Origin: an uncultured Candidatus Saccharibacteria bacterium
GTDB taxonomy: Bacteria; Patescibacteriota; Dojkabacteria; SC72
Direction of reading: 5' to 3'
Assembly: GCA_964514595.1 (NCBI GenBank)
Contig: CAZEQZ010000002.1
Location: forward strand, 118,506-182,505
Length of the DNA stretch: 64,000 nucleotides
The translations under genes were made by a program, and so were the position numbers. The notes beneath the pieces are model-generated. The model was not told the origin of the DNA. It made no database searches and saw only the letters and a list, made by a program, of their open reading frames with translations. Shown in pieces: positions 49,251 to 59,176 of the stretch. The first letter of the stretch is position 1. The number at the start of each line of letters is the position of its first letter.

Positions 49251-50511
49251 TTTTATCTACACCACCCATGTAATCTCTAAGTACATCTGGAACAATTATA
49301 GAACCATCTTCTTGTTGGTATGTTTCCAAAAGTGCAACCATTAATCTACTTGTTGCTAAGCCTGATCCATTTAAGGAGTGCATATATTTAGGTTTGCCAC
49401 CACTAGCTGGCTTATACCTCATCTCTCCTCTTCTGGTTTGATACTCTCTTACATTGGAAACCGAGCTTACCTCATAGTACTGATCTATTGTGGGGATATA
49501 TACCTCCACATCATATGTTTTAGCTGCACATGCTCCACAATCTCCTGCTGCCAATTTCACTGTTCTAAAGTGAAGACCAAGTTTTTCAACTAGACTCTCT
49601 GCTTTCTTAACTAGTTCTTCCAATGCTTCCTCCGATTTATCTTCTGCCGTAAACATATACATTTCCACCTTGTTAAACTGGTGCATCCTAATCAATCCCT
49701 TCTCATTTGCTCTATAGCTTCCTGCTTCTTTTCTATAACAAGGAGTATATGCAAATATCTTTTTTGGCAAATCTTTCTCATCTACTGTTTCATTTCTGTA
49801 TATGTTGGTCAAAACTGTTTCTGCAGTTGGGACTAGACAAAGACCATCTGTCGTCCAATACACATCATTTTCGAATTTGGGTAGCTGACCTGCTGCATAT
49901 GCAGACTCTCTAGTAACTAAATTTGGAGGTATGATCATTTCATAACCATCGTTAATATGCTCGTTAATGAAGAAATTAATCAAAGCCCACTCTAATCTAG
50001 CTCCCATACCTGTATACATACTAAAGTTGTTCCCAGATATCTTAGTGGCCCTCTCTAAGTCTAGCAGACCCAGATCTTTTGCTAACTCAGTATGATCTTT
50101 TGGATCAAATTTAAAGCTTGGCTTTTTACCAACCTCTTTAACTACCTCATTACTCTCTTTCCCTCCTCCCACCACATCCTCATCTGGGATGTTAGGAAGT
50201 ACCTCTATTTTTGATGTTAATAGTTTCTCTGTTTCTCTAAGTTCGCCCTCCACCTTCTTAACCTCTGAAGCTTTCTCTTTCAATTCCCCCAATAATTTCT
50301 TAAATTCATCGCTTCCTTTATCTGTCTTGGCCATTTGATCGTTAAACTGGTTCTGTTGTGCTCTTTTAGTATCAAATTCTAATTGAAGCTCTTTCTTTCT
50401 TTCATATATCTTAACTATTTCATCCAAGTCAAACTCCTCTTTAGACAATCTTTTAAGCAAACCCTTCTCTACTTTATCCTTGTCTTCAACTATTCTTTTA
50501 ATATCAATCAT
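49240..50511 (-). CDS. serS: Serine--tRNA ligase
   Basis: N-terminal coiled coil; GQLPKF, PTAE, R.EAG, RMHQFNKVE and LNGSGLA..R motifs. Confidence 0.97.
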   Translation of the reverse strand: MIDIKRIVEDKDKVEKGLLKRLSKEEFDLDEIVKIYERKKELQLEFDTKRAQQNQFNDQMAKTDKGSDEFKKLLGELKEKASEVKKVEGELRETEKLLTSKIEVLPNIPDEDVVGGGKESNEVVKEVGKKPSFKFDPKDHTELAKDLGLLDLERATKISGNNFSMYTGMGARLEWALINFFINEHINDGYEMIIPPNLVTRESAYAAGQLPKFENDVYWTTDGLCLVPTAETVLTNIYRNETVDEKDLPKKIFAYTPCYRKEAGSYRANEKGLIRMHQFNKVEMYMFTAEDKSEEALEELVKKAESLVEKLGLHFRTVKLAAGDCGACAAKTYDVEVYIPTIDQYYEVSSVSNVREYQTRRGEMRYKPASGGKPKYMHSLNGSGLATSRLMVALLETYQQEDGSIIVPDVLRDYMGGVDKIAK

Positions 50512-50572
50512 TTCATTAAGTATTAATTTAGCAAATTATTGTATTATATTCTGCATTCTTGGTATTATCAAG

Positions 50573-51574
50573 ATGATGAAAAAGCAAGAGAAGTTATTAA
50601 AAAAAGATATTTTAAGGGCCAAACATATCTTAATACTCACACACAGAGGACCCGACTTAGATGCGTTTTGTAGTATGTTGCTGTTGTATAAGATATTAAT
50701 AAATCTTTTCCCTAAAAAGCATATTACTATGGAGGCTAGACAGCATCCGCAGGTTAAGCTACCTCAAATGGAGAATATTGAGTTGGTGGAGGAGATAGAC
50801 AGAGGAGATGAGGATTTAATACTTTGTACTGATAGCTCTGAGTGGGATCTTTTCGTAGATGAGCATAGGGATGGAGTATATGGAAGTAGGGTTAAGAAAT
50901 TCTTCATAGATCACCATAGGAGTGAAAGCAGTGAAGAGAGTGTCATAAATGAGATGCGTAGTTCTGCAACAGAGCAGGTATATGTCACATTAAAGAGAAT
51001 TTTTGATAAAAAATTTAAGTTAGATGAAGATATCGCTTCATTGGTACAGTATGGAATCGTTGCTGATACAGGGAGATTTCTGTATGACTTAACTACTCCT
51101 GATACTTTTAGAATATTTGCTGAGGTTAAGGAATTCTATTCAGTAGATTTAGAGGACTTTACGTACAAGTATGATAAGTTTCCACAGGAGGCAAATGAAG
51201 CAGTTATTGAATTATTAAAAACATTAACCATACAGGATGATATGGCATATATGTATATCTCTAGGGAAACTGTTCAGGAGAAAGGTCTAACAAAGCAGGG
51301 AGTAAATAATGGACAGGCTTTCCTCAGGGACAAGTATTTGAGATTTATACAGGGAGTACATTGGGGTTTTATTATAAAGCCCATGTTTGAATATACAAAC
51401 AAGTGGTATGTTTCTTTCAGGAGTACTAAGGGCTATCAGGATGTGGAGATTATTGCAAAAAAGCTTAATGGTGGTGGACATAAATACTCCTCTGCTACCA
51501 AAGTAACTGCTGATACCGTTGAGGAGGTTCTGGAAAAGGTTTTAGGAGTTGTTAAGGAAGTTACTTCTTCTTAG
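50573..51574 (+). CDS. nrnA: DHH/DHHA1 phosphoesterase (NrnA-like nanoRNase/pAp phosphatase)
   Basis: TH..PD.DA, D, IDHH, GI..DTG.F and GGGH motifs. Confidence 0.88.
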   Translation: MMKKQEKLLKKDILRAKHILILTHRGPDLDAFCSMLLLYKILINLFPKKHITMEARQHPQVKLPQMENIELVEEIDRGDEDLILCTDSSEWDLFVDEHRDGVYGSRVKKFFIDHHRSESSEESVINEMRSSATEQVYVTLKRIFDKKFKLDEDIASLVQYGIVADTGRFLYDLTTPDTFRIFAEVKEFYSVDLEDFTYKYDKFPQEANEAVIELLKTLTIQDDMAYMYISRETVQEKGLTKQGVNNGQAFLRDKYLRFIQGVHWGFIIKPMFEYTNKWYVSFRSTKGYQDVEIIAKKLNGGGHKYSSATKVTADTVEEVLEKVLGVVKEVTSS

Positions 51575-51938
51575 TTTTCTCTTTATCACCATGCTCTTTC
51601 TCCAATTCTTTTACTTTCCACATAAATATTCTGCTTTTATCCTTTGCATCTGGATAATCTATTGTGAAGCTCAAGGCTCTCTCTAGTATAGCCCTAGGCT
51701 TCTCTTTAGCCCATTTGATATACATAGTAGCCCTACTCTTATCATCCAGTTTACCAGCCAACCTAAGGCCGTATGATTGATACTCCTTGGAGATATATTT
51801 ATGTTTGTTCCCAAACATTTTATTGGGATTTGTTTTTAATTCAGATGTATCAAATAGTTTTGATTGATTCTCATCACTCTCTTTCTCAGGAGTATTATCC
51901 TTTTTAAACTGAAAAACTATATCCTTTATTGAGTCCAT
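51561..51938 (-). CDS. Hypothetical protein
   Basis: 125-aa ORF co-oriented and downstream of lysS; predicted helical C-terminal domain. Confidence 0.7.
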   Translation of the reverse strand: MDSIKDIVFQFKKDNTPEKESDENQSKLFDTSELKTNPNKMFGNKHKYISKEYQSYGLRLAGKLDDKSRATMYIKWAKEKPRAILERALSFTIDYPDAKDKSRIFMWKVKELEKEHGDKEKTKKK

Positions 51939-51964
51939 ATCTTGAAGACACGTTATTTAAATAA

Positions 51965-53500
51965 CTACTTTTTGTCTTCCTTTTTAGTAAACTTAACTCT
52001 ATCTCCATATATTTTCCTAGTAGAATTGTCTATTTCATTTCTCATCTGTGGGAAGAATGTACCCTCCCTTGCTGTTACATCCTCCAGGAACCAGAATACC
52101 CTCTCACTCATCCCTAAACCACTTGTAGGAGGCATACCGTATTCCAACATCTCTACGAAATCAATATCCAACATATGTGCCTCATCATCTCCTTCATCCC
52201 TTAGTTCTTGCTGTTCTAGGAATCTATCTAATTGATCTTGAGGATCATTTATCTCAGTATATGCATTAGCCAATTCACTACCTGCCAATATAATCTGGAA
52301 TCTTTGAGTAATATCCTCATTATCATCATACGATTTTGCTAAGGGAGATATGAATTTGGGCTGATTAATCAAAAATGCTGGTCCAGATATTTCTGCCCTA
52401 GCTATTTTAATCAGATTATCTATTAACCTATTCCTATTTATATCCCCATCAAGTTCCACATTATTCTCCTCTACAACTTTCAAAATCTTCTCATCACTAT
52501 CTTTGAAAATATCTACACCAAACCTATCTTTAATTAAAGTTGTATAGTCTAATTCCTTCCATTCATCCGCCAAATCAAATGTATGACCTCGTGTTGTGAA
52601 TTTAGTTTTTCCATATACTTCTTTTGCTATATGTAAAAATATATCCCTAGATAATTCCATATTATCTCTAAAATCTGCATACGCCCAATACCATTCTAGT
52701 TGATAGTACTCTTGAAGATGCTCATCATCTATACCTTCGTTTCTAAAATTTGGACCAAGAGTGTATATCTTTTCATACCCTGCTCCTATGAGTCTCTTTT
52801 GATATAGTTCGGTTGATATTCTAAGGAAGAAATCTTGATCTAGTGCGTTGTGATGAGTAGTGAAAGGTGCTGCATCAGCCCCTCCAGTTACAGGTTCTAA
52901 TATAGGTACCTCTACTTCCATAAATCCTTTCTGTTTTAAAAACTCTCTTTGTACTTCCCAGAATTTAGCTTTTCTTTCAAAAAACTTAACTCTTTCTGGA
53001 TTTATAACTAAATCCAGATATCTCCTTCTGAACATCTGTTCTTTGTTCTTTAGTTTTCTAGGAATAGGTCTAAGCGCTTTAGAAAGGAGTCTTAGATTTT
53101 TCACCATAATTGATATCTGACCTGTTTTTGTTTTTCCAATAACCCCACATACTTCTATGAAATCTGCTAAATCTAATAGAGAGAGATTCTCTGCACTTAA
53201 ATACCCCTTCTTTTTATCCTCCCCCAACTCATTACTTCTAATCATAACCTGTATATCTCCTGTCTGATCCCTTATATCTCCAAATATCAACTTCCCATGC
53301 TCTCTCCATGCAGTTATTCTTCCTGCTAAGCATACCTCTTTTCCTTCATATTTATCAAAATTATCCAATATCTCAGCATTTTGATACTCTTTGTGTGATT
53401 CTGCAGGATATGGATTTATGCCTAACTTCTTAAGCTGTTCCAACTTCTCTAATCTTATTTCTCTCTGGCCTATTAGATCACTTCTTTGGTGGTCTTCCAT
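51965..53500 (-). CDS. lysS: Lysine--tRNA ligase (class II)
   Basis: GINPYP, R.RYLDL, GGA.A.PF.T, LRI..ELY.KRL, FRNEGID and YGMPPT.G.G motifs. Confidence 0.97.
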   Translation of the reverse strand: MEDHQRSDLIGQREIRLEKLEQLKKLGINPYPAESHKEYQNAEILDNFDKYEGKEVCLAGRITAWREHGKLIFGDIRDQTGDIQVMIRSNELGEDKKKGYLSAENLSLLDLADFIEVCGVIGKTKTGQISIMVKNLRLLSKALRPIPRKLKNKEQMFRRRYLDLVINPERVKFFERKAKFWEVQREFLKQKGFMEVEVPILEPVTGGADAAPFTTHHNALDQDFFLRISTELYQKRLIGAGYEKIYTLGPNFRNEGIDDEHLQEYYQLEWYWAYADFRDNMELSRDIFLHIAKEVYGKTKFTTRGHTFDLADEWKELDYTTLIKDRFGVDIFKDSDEKILKVVEENNVELDGDINRNRLIDNLIKIARAEISGPAFLINQPKFISPLAKSYDDNEDITQRFQIILAGSELANAYTEINDPQDQLDRFLEQQELRDEGDDEAHMLDIDFVEMLEYGMPPTSGLGMSERVFWFLEDVTAREGTFFPQMRNEIDNSTRKIYGDRVKFTKKEDKK

Positions 53501-53552
53501 CTATCCTGTTTTTTAATATTAAATTAAGTCCATTATATCATACTAAATCACA

Positions 53553-54443
53553 CTATTCGTGGATCAGGATTAGATCTCCCCTTTCAAAAATATTGTATAA
53601 ATACTTTGCATCTTCCAATAGCATACGAATACAGCCAGCGCTCTTTCGCAAACCTATGTTTGACACAGGTTCATATACCTTATTCCCCTCCTCATCATAC
53701 CACCATATTAAAGCATGCAATCCATACCAAGAACTTTGACTAGGAGAGTGATAGAAACCCAGCCAGTATGGCATATATTTCCCGCCTGGAGCTATAGGTG
53801 CTATACCTTTATCATTTATTGGAAAGACACCGTATACCTCATATCCTGATTTGGGACCGGATAGTAGTATTTCTCTATCTACTTTTCCATCTACCCAGGA
53901 ATACAATTTCTGTTTAGAGTTATCTACCTCTATGTATCTAGGGGCATATTTACCATCTGTACCAGGCAAATCTTTTATCACAACTTGTACAACCGTATCC
54001 GTCTGAGAATCAAAGGCATTATATACATCATTAAAAATATTTGTCAGATCAGGTATATTGTCTTCTTTCCAATATAGGAAACCTCCCGCTCGATTTTTGG
54101 CATACGCCTTCCCTCCATACTCTTTCTCAAAGAAGGGCAAAACTTTATCCAACACCTCTACATACACAGCACTTCTGTTAACAATCCCGTCTTCTACGCA
54201 ATTTTCACTAGATAACTCCACACAGTTACTTTCATTGCACACAAAAACAAAAAAAGATTTCTCCTCAACATCTTTCTTCTCTTCTTCTTCAACAAAGGAA
54301 TTTAGTTCTTCTCCTAAAACTTGTTGAGAGAGTTTAAGATCTCGCTTGCGTTCCTTGAGAGAGAAAATGATTAAGAAAGAGAGAAAAAGTATATACAGTA
54401 TATCTACAACTATTATCACATTAATAAGTGTGGAATTCTTCAC
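53553..54443 (-). CDS. L,D-transpeptidase (YkuD domain), membrane-anchored
   Basis: IEVD.S.Q.L, MPYW and GLH.....SAGCIRM motifs. Confidence 0.82.
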   Translation of the reverse strand: MKNSTLINVIIVVDILYILFLSFLIIFSLKERKRDLKLSQQVLGEELNSFVEEEEKKDVEEKSFFVFVCNESNCVELSSENCVEDGIVNRSAVYVEVLDKVLPFFEKEYGGKAYAKNRAGGFLYWKEDNIPDLTNIFNDVYNAFDSQTDTVVQVVIKDLPGTDGKYAPRYIEVDNSKQKLYSWVDGKVDREILLSGPKSGYEVYGVFPINDKGIAPIAPGGKYMPYWLGFYHSPSQSSWYGLHALIWWYDEEGNKVYEPVSNIGLRKSAGCIRMLLEDAKYLYNIFERGDLILIHE

Positions 54444-54521
54444 AAAGAATATATTAACAAAAATTACACTAAGAAAATAGATGATGTATAATTGAGAGAA
54501 TTAAGATAAACAGGAAACCAT

Positions 54522-55814
54522 ATGGCAGAGGATATACTACAAAAAATCACATCTTTAGCTAAAAGAAGAGGAATCATATACCCTAACTCTGAGATATATG
54601 GAGGTATCGGAGGTTTCTATGACTATGGACCCGTTGGTGTTGAAATGAAGAATAATCTAAAAAGCTATTGGTGGAAAGATATGGTAGATAGGAGAGAGAA
54701 TGTTGTTGGTATAGATGGGACAATAATAACACATCCTAAGGTGTGGGAAGCTTCTGGGCATGTGGAGAATTTTGGAGATGAGGTTGTGGAGTGCAAAAAG
54801 TGTCACCAAAGATTCAGACCTGAGGATATTGAGGAGAAGTGCCCTAATTGTGGTAATACAACATTCACAGAACCAAGGTCATATAATATGCTTTTCGAGA
54901 CAGAGGTAGGAGTCCTGGAGGATTCAAAAATGAAAGCATACTTAAGAGGGGAGGCATGTCAGACCATATATTTAGACTTTAAGAATGTTGTAGATAGTAC
55001 AAGGATGCAAATTCCTTTCGGTATAGCACAGATTGGAAAAGCTTTTAGAAATGAAATAACTCCTGGGAAGTTAACATATCGATCAAGAGAGTTCGAACAG
55101 TGGGATATGCAATTCTTTGTACATCCAGATGAAATGGAGAAATGGTTTAAGTACTGGATGGATGAAAGGATGAGATTCTACAAGGAGTTATACAGAAAAG
55201 AGGAGAATCTTAGATTTAGACAACACCCAAAGGATAAGTTGGTATTCTATGCAAAGGATGCCTACGATGTGGAGTATAAAGCTCCATGGGGTTGGGCTGA
55301 AAATGAGGGTATACACTGGAGAAGTGATTATGACCTAACTCAACATGGAAAATTCTCCGGAAAGGATCTCTCATATACAGATCCTCGTAGTGGAGAAAGA
55401 TATATCCCATGGATAGTGGAAACATCTGGTGGTGTAGATAGGACACTCTTAATGCTACTTTTTGATGCATATGAAGAAGAGGATTTAGGAGAGGGAAATA
55501 GTAGGACCGTATTGAAAATACATAAGGATATAGCCGCATATAAGGCAGCAATATTTCCATTAGTTTCAAACAAGGAAGAGATTGTTAAAAAAGCTAGGGA
55601 TATATTTGAACTTTTATCCGAGAACAAGAAGGTTGTATGGGATGATAGAGGAAATATTGGGAAAAGGTATAGATATCAAGATGAGATAGGAACTCCTTTC
55701 TGCATTACAATTGATTACGAATCCTTAGAAAACGATACTGTAACTGTGAGAGAAAGAGATAATATGAAACAGGAGAGAGTTAAGATAGAAGATCTAATGG
55801 AATATATCTCCTAA
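54522..55814 (+). CDS. glyQS: Glycine--tRNA ligase (alpha2 homodimeric type)
   Basis: LAKRRG, EIYGG, DYGP.G, AQIGKAFRNEITP, REFEQ and IGKRYR.QDEIGTP motifs. Confidence 0.96.
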   Translation: MAEDILQKITSLAKRRGIIYPNSEIYGGIGGFYDYGPVGVEMKNNLKSYWWKDMVDRRENVVGIDGTIITHPKVWEASGHVENFGDEVVECKKCHQRFRPEDIEEKCPNCGNTTFTEPRSYNMLFETEVGVLEDSKMKAYLRGEACQTIYLDFKNVVDSTRMQIPFGIAQIGKAFRNEITPGKLTYRSREFEQWDMQFFVHPDEMEKWFKYWMDERMRFYKELYRKEENLRFRQHPKDKLVFYAKDAYDVEYKAPWGWAENEGIHWRSDYDLTQHGKFSGKDLSYTDPRSGERYIPWIVETSGGVDRTLLMLLFDAYEEEDLGEGNSRTVLKIHKDIAAYKAAIFPLVSNKEEIVKKARDIFELLSENKKVVWDDRGNIGKRYRYQDEIGTPFCITIDYESLENDTVTVRERDNMKQERVKIEDLMEYIS

Positions 55815-56275
55815 GATATACTTAGAACTTTATATTCAACCTTTCTGAGCCCAACTCTTACTTTTACACAATCACCAACCTTGGCATTTAGTAATTCCTT
55901 CCCCAAGGGAGATTTATCTGATATCTTATTCTCACTTGGATCTGCCTCTACCTCTGAAACTATCTGAAACTTAACTGTCTTCTTATTTACACTTACCTCT
56001 ACTACAGATCCTATACATACCTGCCCTACTTCACAAGATTTTTTATTTAAAGTCGTGGAATTACCTAATATATCCTTGATTTCATTAATTCTTTGATCAA
56101 CCTTCTCAAGCTCAGTCATAACAGCAATTATATCGTCTGTATCTTCACTAACGTCACTTAGTCTGGCTTGTTCAAGAGATTGCGAAAGTTCTTTCTTCTT
56201 CCCTTTCTCTAACTTCTCAAGCTCTGCTTTGAGTGCCTCTATCTTCTGTTTTGTTAATACAATTTTTTCTCCCAT
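55811..56275 (-). CDS. GreA/GreB family factor with a non-canonical acidic tip
   Basis: LT...L..EL, IGS.V and EADP....IS..SPLG..L motifs; tip SDVSEDTDD. Confidence 0.85.
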   Translation of the reverse strand: MGEKIVLTKQKIEALKAELEKLEKGKKKELSQSLEQARLSDVSEDTDDIIAVMTELEKVDQRINEIKDILGNSTTLNKKSCEVGQVCIGSVVEVSVNKKTVKFQIVSEVEADPSENKISDKSPLGKELLNAKVGDCVKVRVGLRKVEYKVLSIS

Positions 56276-56338
56276 TTGTTTTTTTAAGAATTAAAGTCGG
56301 GAATACGTAGTAAAAAGATATTCTTAGGATGAGCTAAA

Positions 56339-56986
56339 TTATACCATTTTTTGCTTTTTTTGTCTGTATTTCTCAATCTCTTTATGATTTCCAGAAAGAA
56401 GGACTTTTGGCACCCTCCAACCCATAAAATCCTCAGGTTTTGTATATTGAGGATACTCTAACTTGCCATCCTCAAAAGATTCTTCATTAAGAGATTCCTC
56501 ATTACCTAATACACCGGGAATTAATCTTGTAATTCCATCTATCAAAACCAAGGCAGGAAGTTCTCCCCCAGAGAGTACATAATTCCCTATAGAGAATTCA
56601 TAGTCTACTAGATTATCATGTATTCTTTGATCAAATCCTTCATATCTGCCACACAGTATTATCATATGGAGGTCTTCCTTTTGAGAAAACTCAACCAATT
56701 TACTCTGTTCTAAAGTTTCTCCTTTAGGAGTGGTTATTGCTACAACAGTATTTTCTTTCTTAAGTTCCTGTATAGCCTTATATATTGGTTCTATCTTCAT
56801 AACCATTCCAGGGCCTCCACCGTATGGTGTGTCATCTACAGTTTTATGCTTATCATCTGCCCAATCTCTCAAATCATGGACATTAACCTGAACTATCTTC
56901 TTCTCCAAAGCATTACTTAGAATACCTGTATTTATGTATTCTTTAACGATATTTGGGAATATTGTTACTATGTCAAAGGTTGTCAT
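56339..56986 (-). CDS. trmD: tRNA (guanine37-N1)-methyltransferase
   Basis: VDDTPYGGGPGMV, CGRYEGFDQR, SIGNYVLSGGE, YPQYT.P and LLSGNH motifs; true start at 56986. Confidence 0.97.
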   Translation of the reverse strand: MTTFDIVTIFPNIVKEYINTGILSNALEKKIVQVNVHDLRDWADDKHKTVDDTPYGGGPGMVMKIEPIYKAIQELKKENTVVAITTPKGETLEQSKLVEFSQKEDLHMIILCGRYEGFDQRIHDNLVDYEFSIGNYVLSGGELPALVLIDGITRLIPGVLGNEESLNEESFEDGKLEYPQYTKPEDFMGWRVPKVLLSGNHKEIEKYRQKKQKMV

Positions 56987-56997
56987 TTTTCTTATTT

Positions 56998-57072
56998 TGG
57001 TACCGCTACGGGGAATCGAACCCCGATTGCAGGATTGAGAATCCTGTGTCCTAACCGTTAGACGATAGCGGC
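56998..57072 (-). tRNA. tRNA-Glu(CTC)
   Basis: GCCGCTA...TAGCGGT-ACCA; anticodon arm CAGGA-TTCTCAA-TCCTG; GGTTCGATTCC T-arm. Confidence 0.96.
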
Positions 57073-57137
57073 TTACAAATAGTGATTTTATCATATAATT
57101 ACACAATTTTAAAAGGTTACTACAGGTTCCTTTTTAT

Positions 57138-57165
57138 TTGACATCACATATACGTAACATATATT
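57138..57165 (+). promoter_or_regulatory. Sigma70-type promoter of greA
   Basis: TTGACA-16 bp-TATATT upstream of ATG 57198. Confidence 0.45.
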
Positions 57166-57197
57166 ATTTTTCGACTTAAATTATTAGGTTTGATGAT

Positions 57198-57659
57198 ATG
57201 AATATAGGACAAAGGTATCAAACCACTAAAAAAGGTTTTGATAAATTGGTAGAGGAGTTAAAGTACAGGGAGAAGCAACTAAGGAACAAGATTGCAAATA
57301 CATTGAATGAAATGAGAAACCAAGGGGACTTAAGGGAGAATGATGGGTACTCTATGGCTATTGAGGAGCAACAGATAAATGAGGATAGGATTGTGGAATT
57401 GAAAGAGAAGATCAAAAGTGCCAATATTATTAAGGATAGAGATAAGAATAGAGTAGGAATTGGAGACGTGGTTACTTTAAAGAATAGTAAAAAGATTAGA
57501 TATGAGATAACTAGTGAAGAAGAGGCAAATCCTTTAGAAGGGAAGATATCACATAAATCTCCTATAGGAGAGGCAATTATGGGAAAGAAAGTAGGGGATA
57601 AAGTGACCATAACTACACCAAAGGGTAGTACAGAGTATACAATTGAGAAAATCTCCTAG
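57198..57659 (+). CDS. greA: Transcription elongation factor GreA
   Basis: Canonical GDLRENDGY tip; EANP..GKIS..SPIG.A. Confidence 0.92.
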   Translation: MNIGQRYQTTKKGFDKLVEELKYREKQLRNKIANTLNEMRNQGDLRENDGYSMAIEEQQINEDRIVELKEKIKSANIIKDRDKNRVGIGDVVTLKNSKKIRYEITSEEEANPLEGKISHKSPIGEAIMGKKVGDKVTITTPKGSTEYTIEKIS

Positions 57660-58360
57660 GGATGGATTAAGGTTCCTTCTTGAAGTATGTCTCTTATATT
57701 CTGCTTCTCATATATAGATTTACCTCCAGATATAAAGAAAGATATTCCCTTTTGAGAGGAGAACCTAGCACACTCTATATCTATTGGGATACTATTGTTT
57801 GCCTTATGTACTGAATCTTCTAGTATATTAAACATATCAAAATACTGATCCCACGACATATTTGTAATAGGTAGTGCATTAGGATTATGGGCAGGATCCT
57901 GTTCATAAACATGGCTAACATTGGATAGTTTTAAAACTTTCTTAATTCCCAACACATCAGCAAAAACAGCCGAATCCATATCTGTACTCCACCCCACTTT
58001 CAATCCCCCGCTTATTATTACCCTCTTACTATCTTCCCAAAGAAACTCATATGCATCTCCTAATTTCTTTGGCACGTATATGTTAGGATCTTCTATATAT
58101 CCTTGTAGTATTGCCGCATTTGTATGTGTAACACTCATGCCTATGTTGTGAAGATACTCCTCTCCTCCAACCGAAGTTGCAATCTTTTGTTGTAATTCTC
58201 TCGATAAAGAGCCACCGCCCACAACCATCACTACTTTTTCATACTCCGCACTCACTTCGTAATACCAGTTCTTAACCTTTCGGAGTAGTTCAGCATTGAT
58301 ATTTAGATTATTATCATACAATATGGAACCTCCTATTTTTAATACTATACTTTTCTCCAT
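57656..58360 (-). CDS. pyrH: UMP kinase, archaeal type
   Basis: VLKIGGS, VVGGG, GG..GWSTD and NV..VY..DP motifs. Confidence 0.8.
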   Translation of the reverse strand: MEKSIVLKIGGSILYDNNLNINAELLRKVKNWYYEVSAEYEKVVMVVGGGSLSRELQQKIATSVGGEEYLHNIGMSVTHTNAAILQGYIEDPNIYVPKKLGDAYEFLWEDSKRVIISGGLKVGWSTDMDSAVFADVLGIKKVLKLSNVSHVYEQDPAHNPNALPITNMSWDQYFDMFNILEDSVHKANNSIPIDIECARFSSQKGISFFISGGKSIYEKQNIRDILQEGTLIHP

Positions 58361-58362
58361 AT

Positions 58363-59157
58363 TTATAGATTCAGAACCAAAATTATTGCTACCACTACAT
58401 ACAGGAATGGAAGAATATAGTCTATAAACTTAATTCTTCCAGAAAATCTAATATTCCATATTGATATAACTAAATAAAAGGCAAGGGAACCAATAGCTGG
58501 GATCACAAAGATATTACGATTCCAAAATAGCAGTGTAAAGAGAGAGATAAACAAGGCACTTAATACAGAAACCAGCATTTCAAACAAACCAACCCTATCG
58601 TGAATCTTTAAAACAAATATCAAAAGAACTAAGGAGAATATTACTGATAACAGTGCAAATGTTTCCATTCCAACCCCTACCCTTACAAATATATTCAGTA
58701 GAAGATAGAAGATTGTAATACAAAGGAAATCGAATATCGCCCTAGTAGCAACAGCCAAGGAATATATCTTATTTAGAGAACTCTTTACATTTAAAAATAG
58801 TATTAGAAGAAGTATTGTACATATCCCCAATACTGTATGTCCTAGCAATTCATTTCTATTAAAATAAAGAAAGAATAGTAAAGATATATAGAATATTCCT
58901 GGTAGAATGAAATATCCAAAGAATCTGTCTTTTAAAGATATCTTTACTATAACATCACTGTATCTAGATATCTTACGACCAGAATATATACTGAAAACAC
59001 GCACAAACCACGTTTCCAAAAGTAGGAGACCCAAAAATCCCAATAATATTAAAAACTGCAAAGGAGCTCTTAAAACAGAATAATTGAAAAACTGTGTTAT
59101 CAAAAGTAATATAAAAAGATATAACAAATCATTTTTTACTTTCAATCTATATTTCAT
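58363..59157 (-). CDS. Hypothetical polytopic membrane protein
   Basis: 264 aa, about 9 hydrophobic segments. Confidence 0.7.
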   Translation of the reverse strand: MKYRLKVKNDLLYLFILLLITQFFNYSVLRAPLQFLILLGFLGLLLLETWFVRVFSIYSGRKISRYSDVIVKISLKDRFFGYFILPGIFYISLLFFLYFNRNELLGHTVLGICTILLLILFLNVKSSLNKIYSLAVATRAIFDFLCITIFYLLLNIFVRVGVGMETFALLSVIFSLVLLIFVLKIHDRVGLFEMLVSVLSALFISLFTLLFWNRNIFVIPAIGSLAFYLVISIWNIRFSGRIKFIDYILPFLYVVVAIILVLNL

Positions 59158-59176
59158 TATTGGGCAGTAACCATTA

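Noticed and set aside
56987-57106. ORF-track N-terminal extension of trmD (MCNYMIK...)
   Set aside because: It runs through tRNA-Glu; the real start is ATG 56986 (MTTFDIVTIFP).
54522-58360. Alpha2-type GlyRS and archaeal-type UMP kinase as signs of recent HGT or a chimeric assembly
   Set aside because: Both types occur in various bacteria, and here they sit among native housekeeping genes of similar sequence style.
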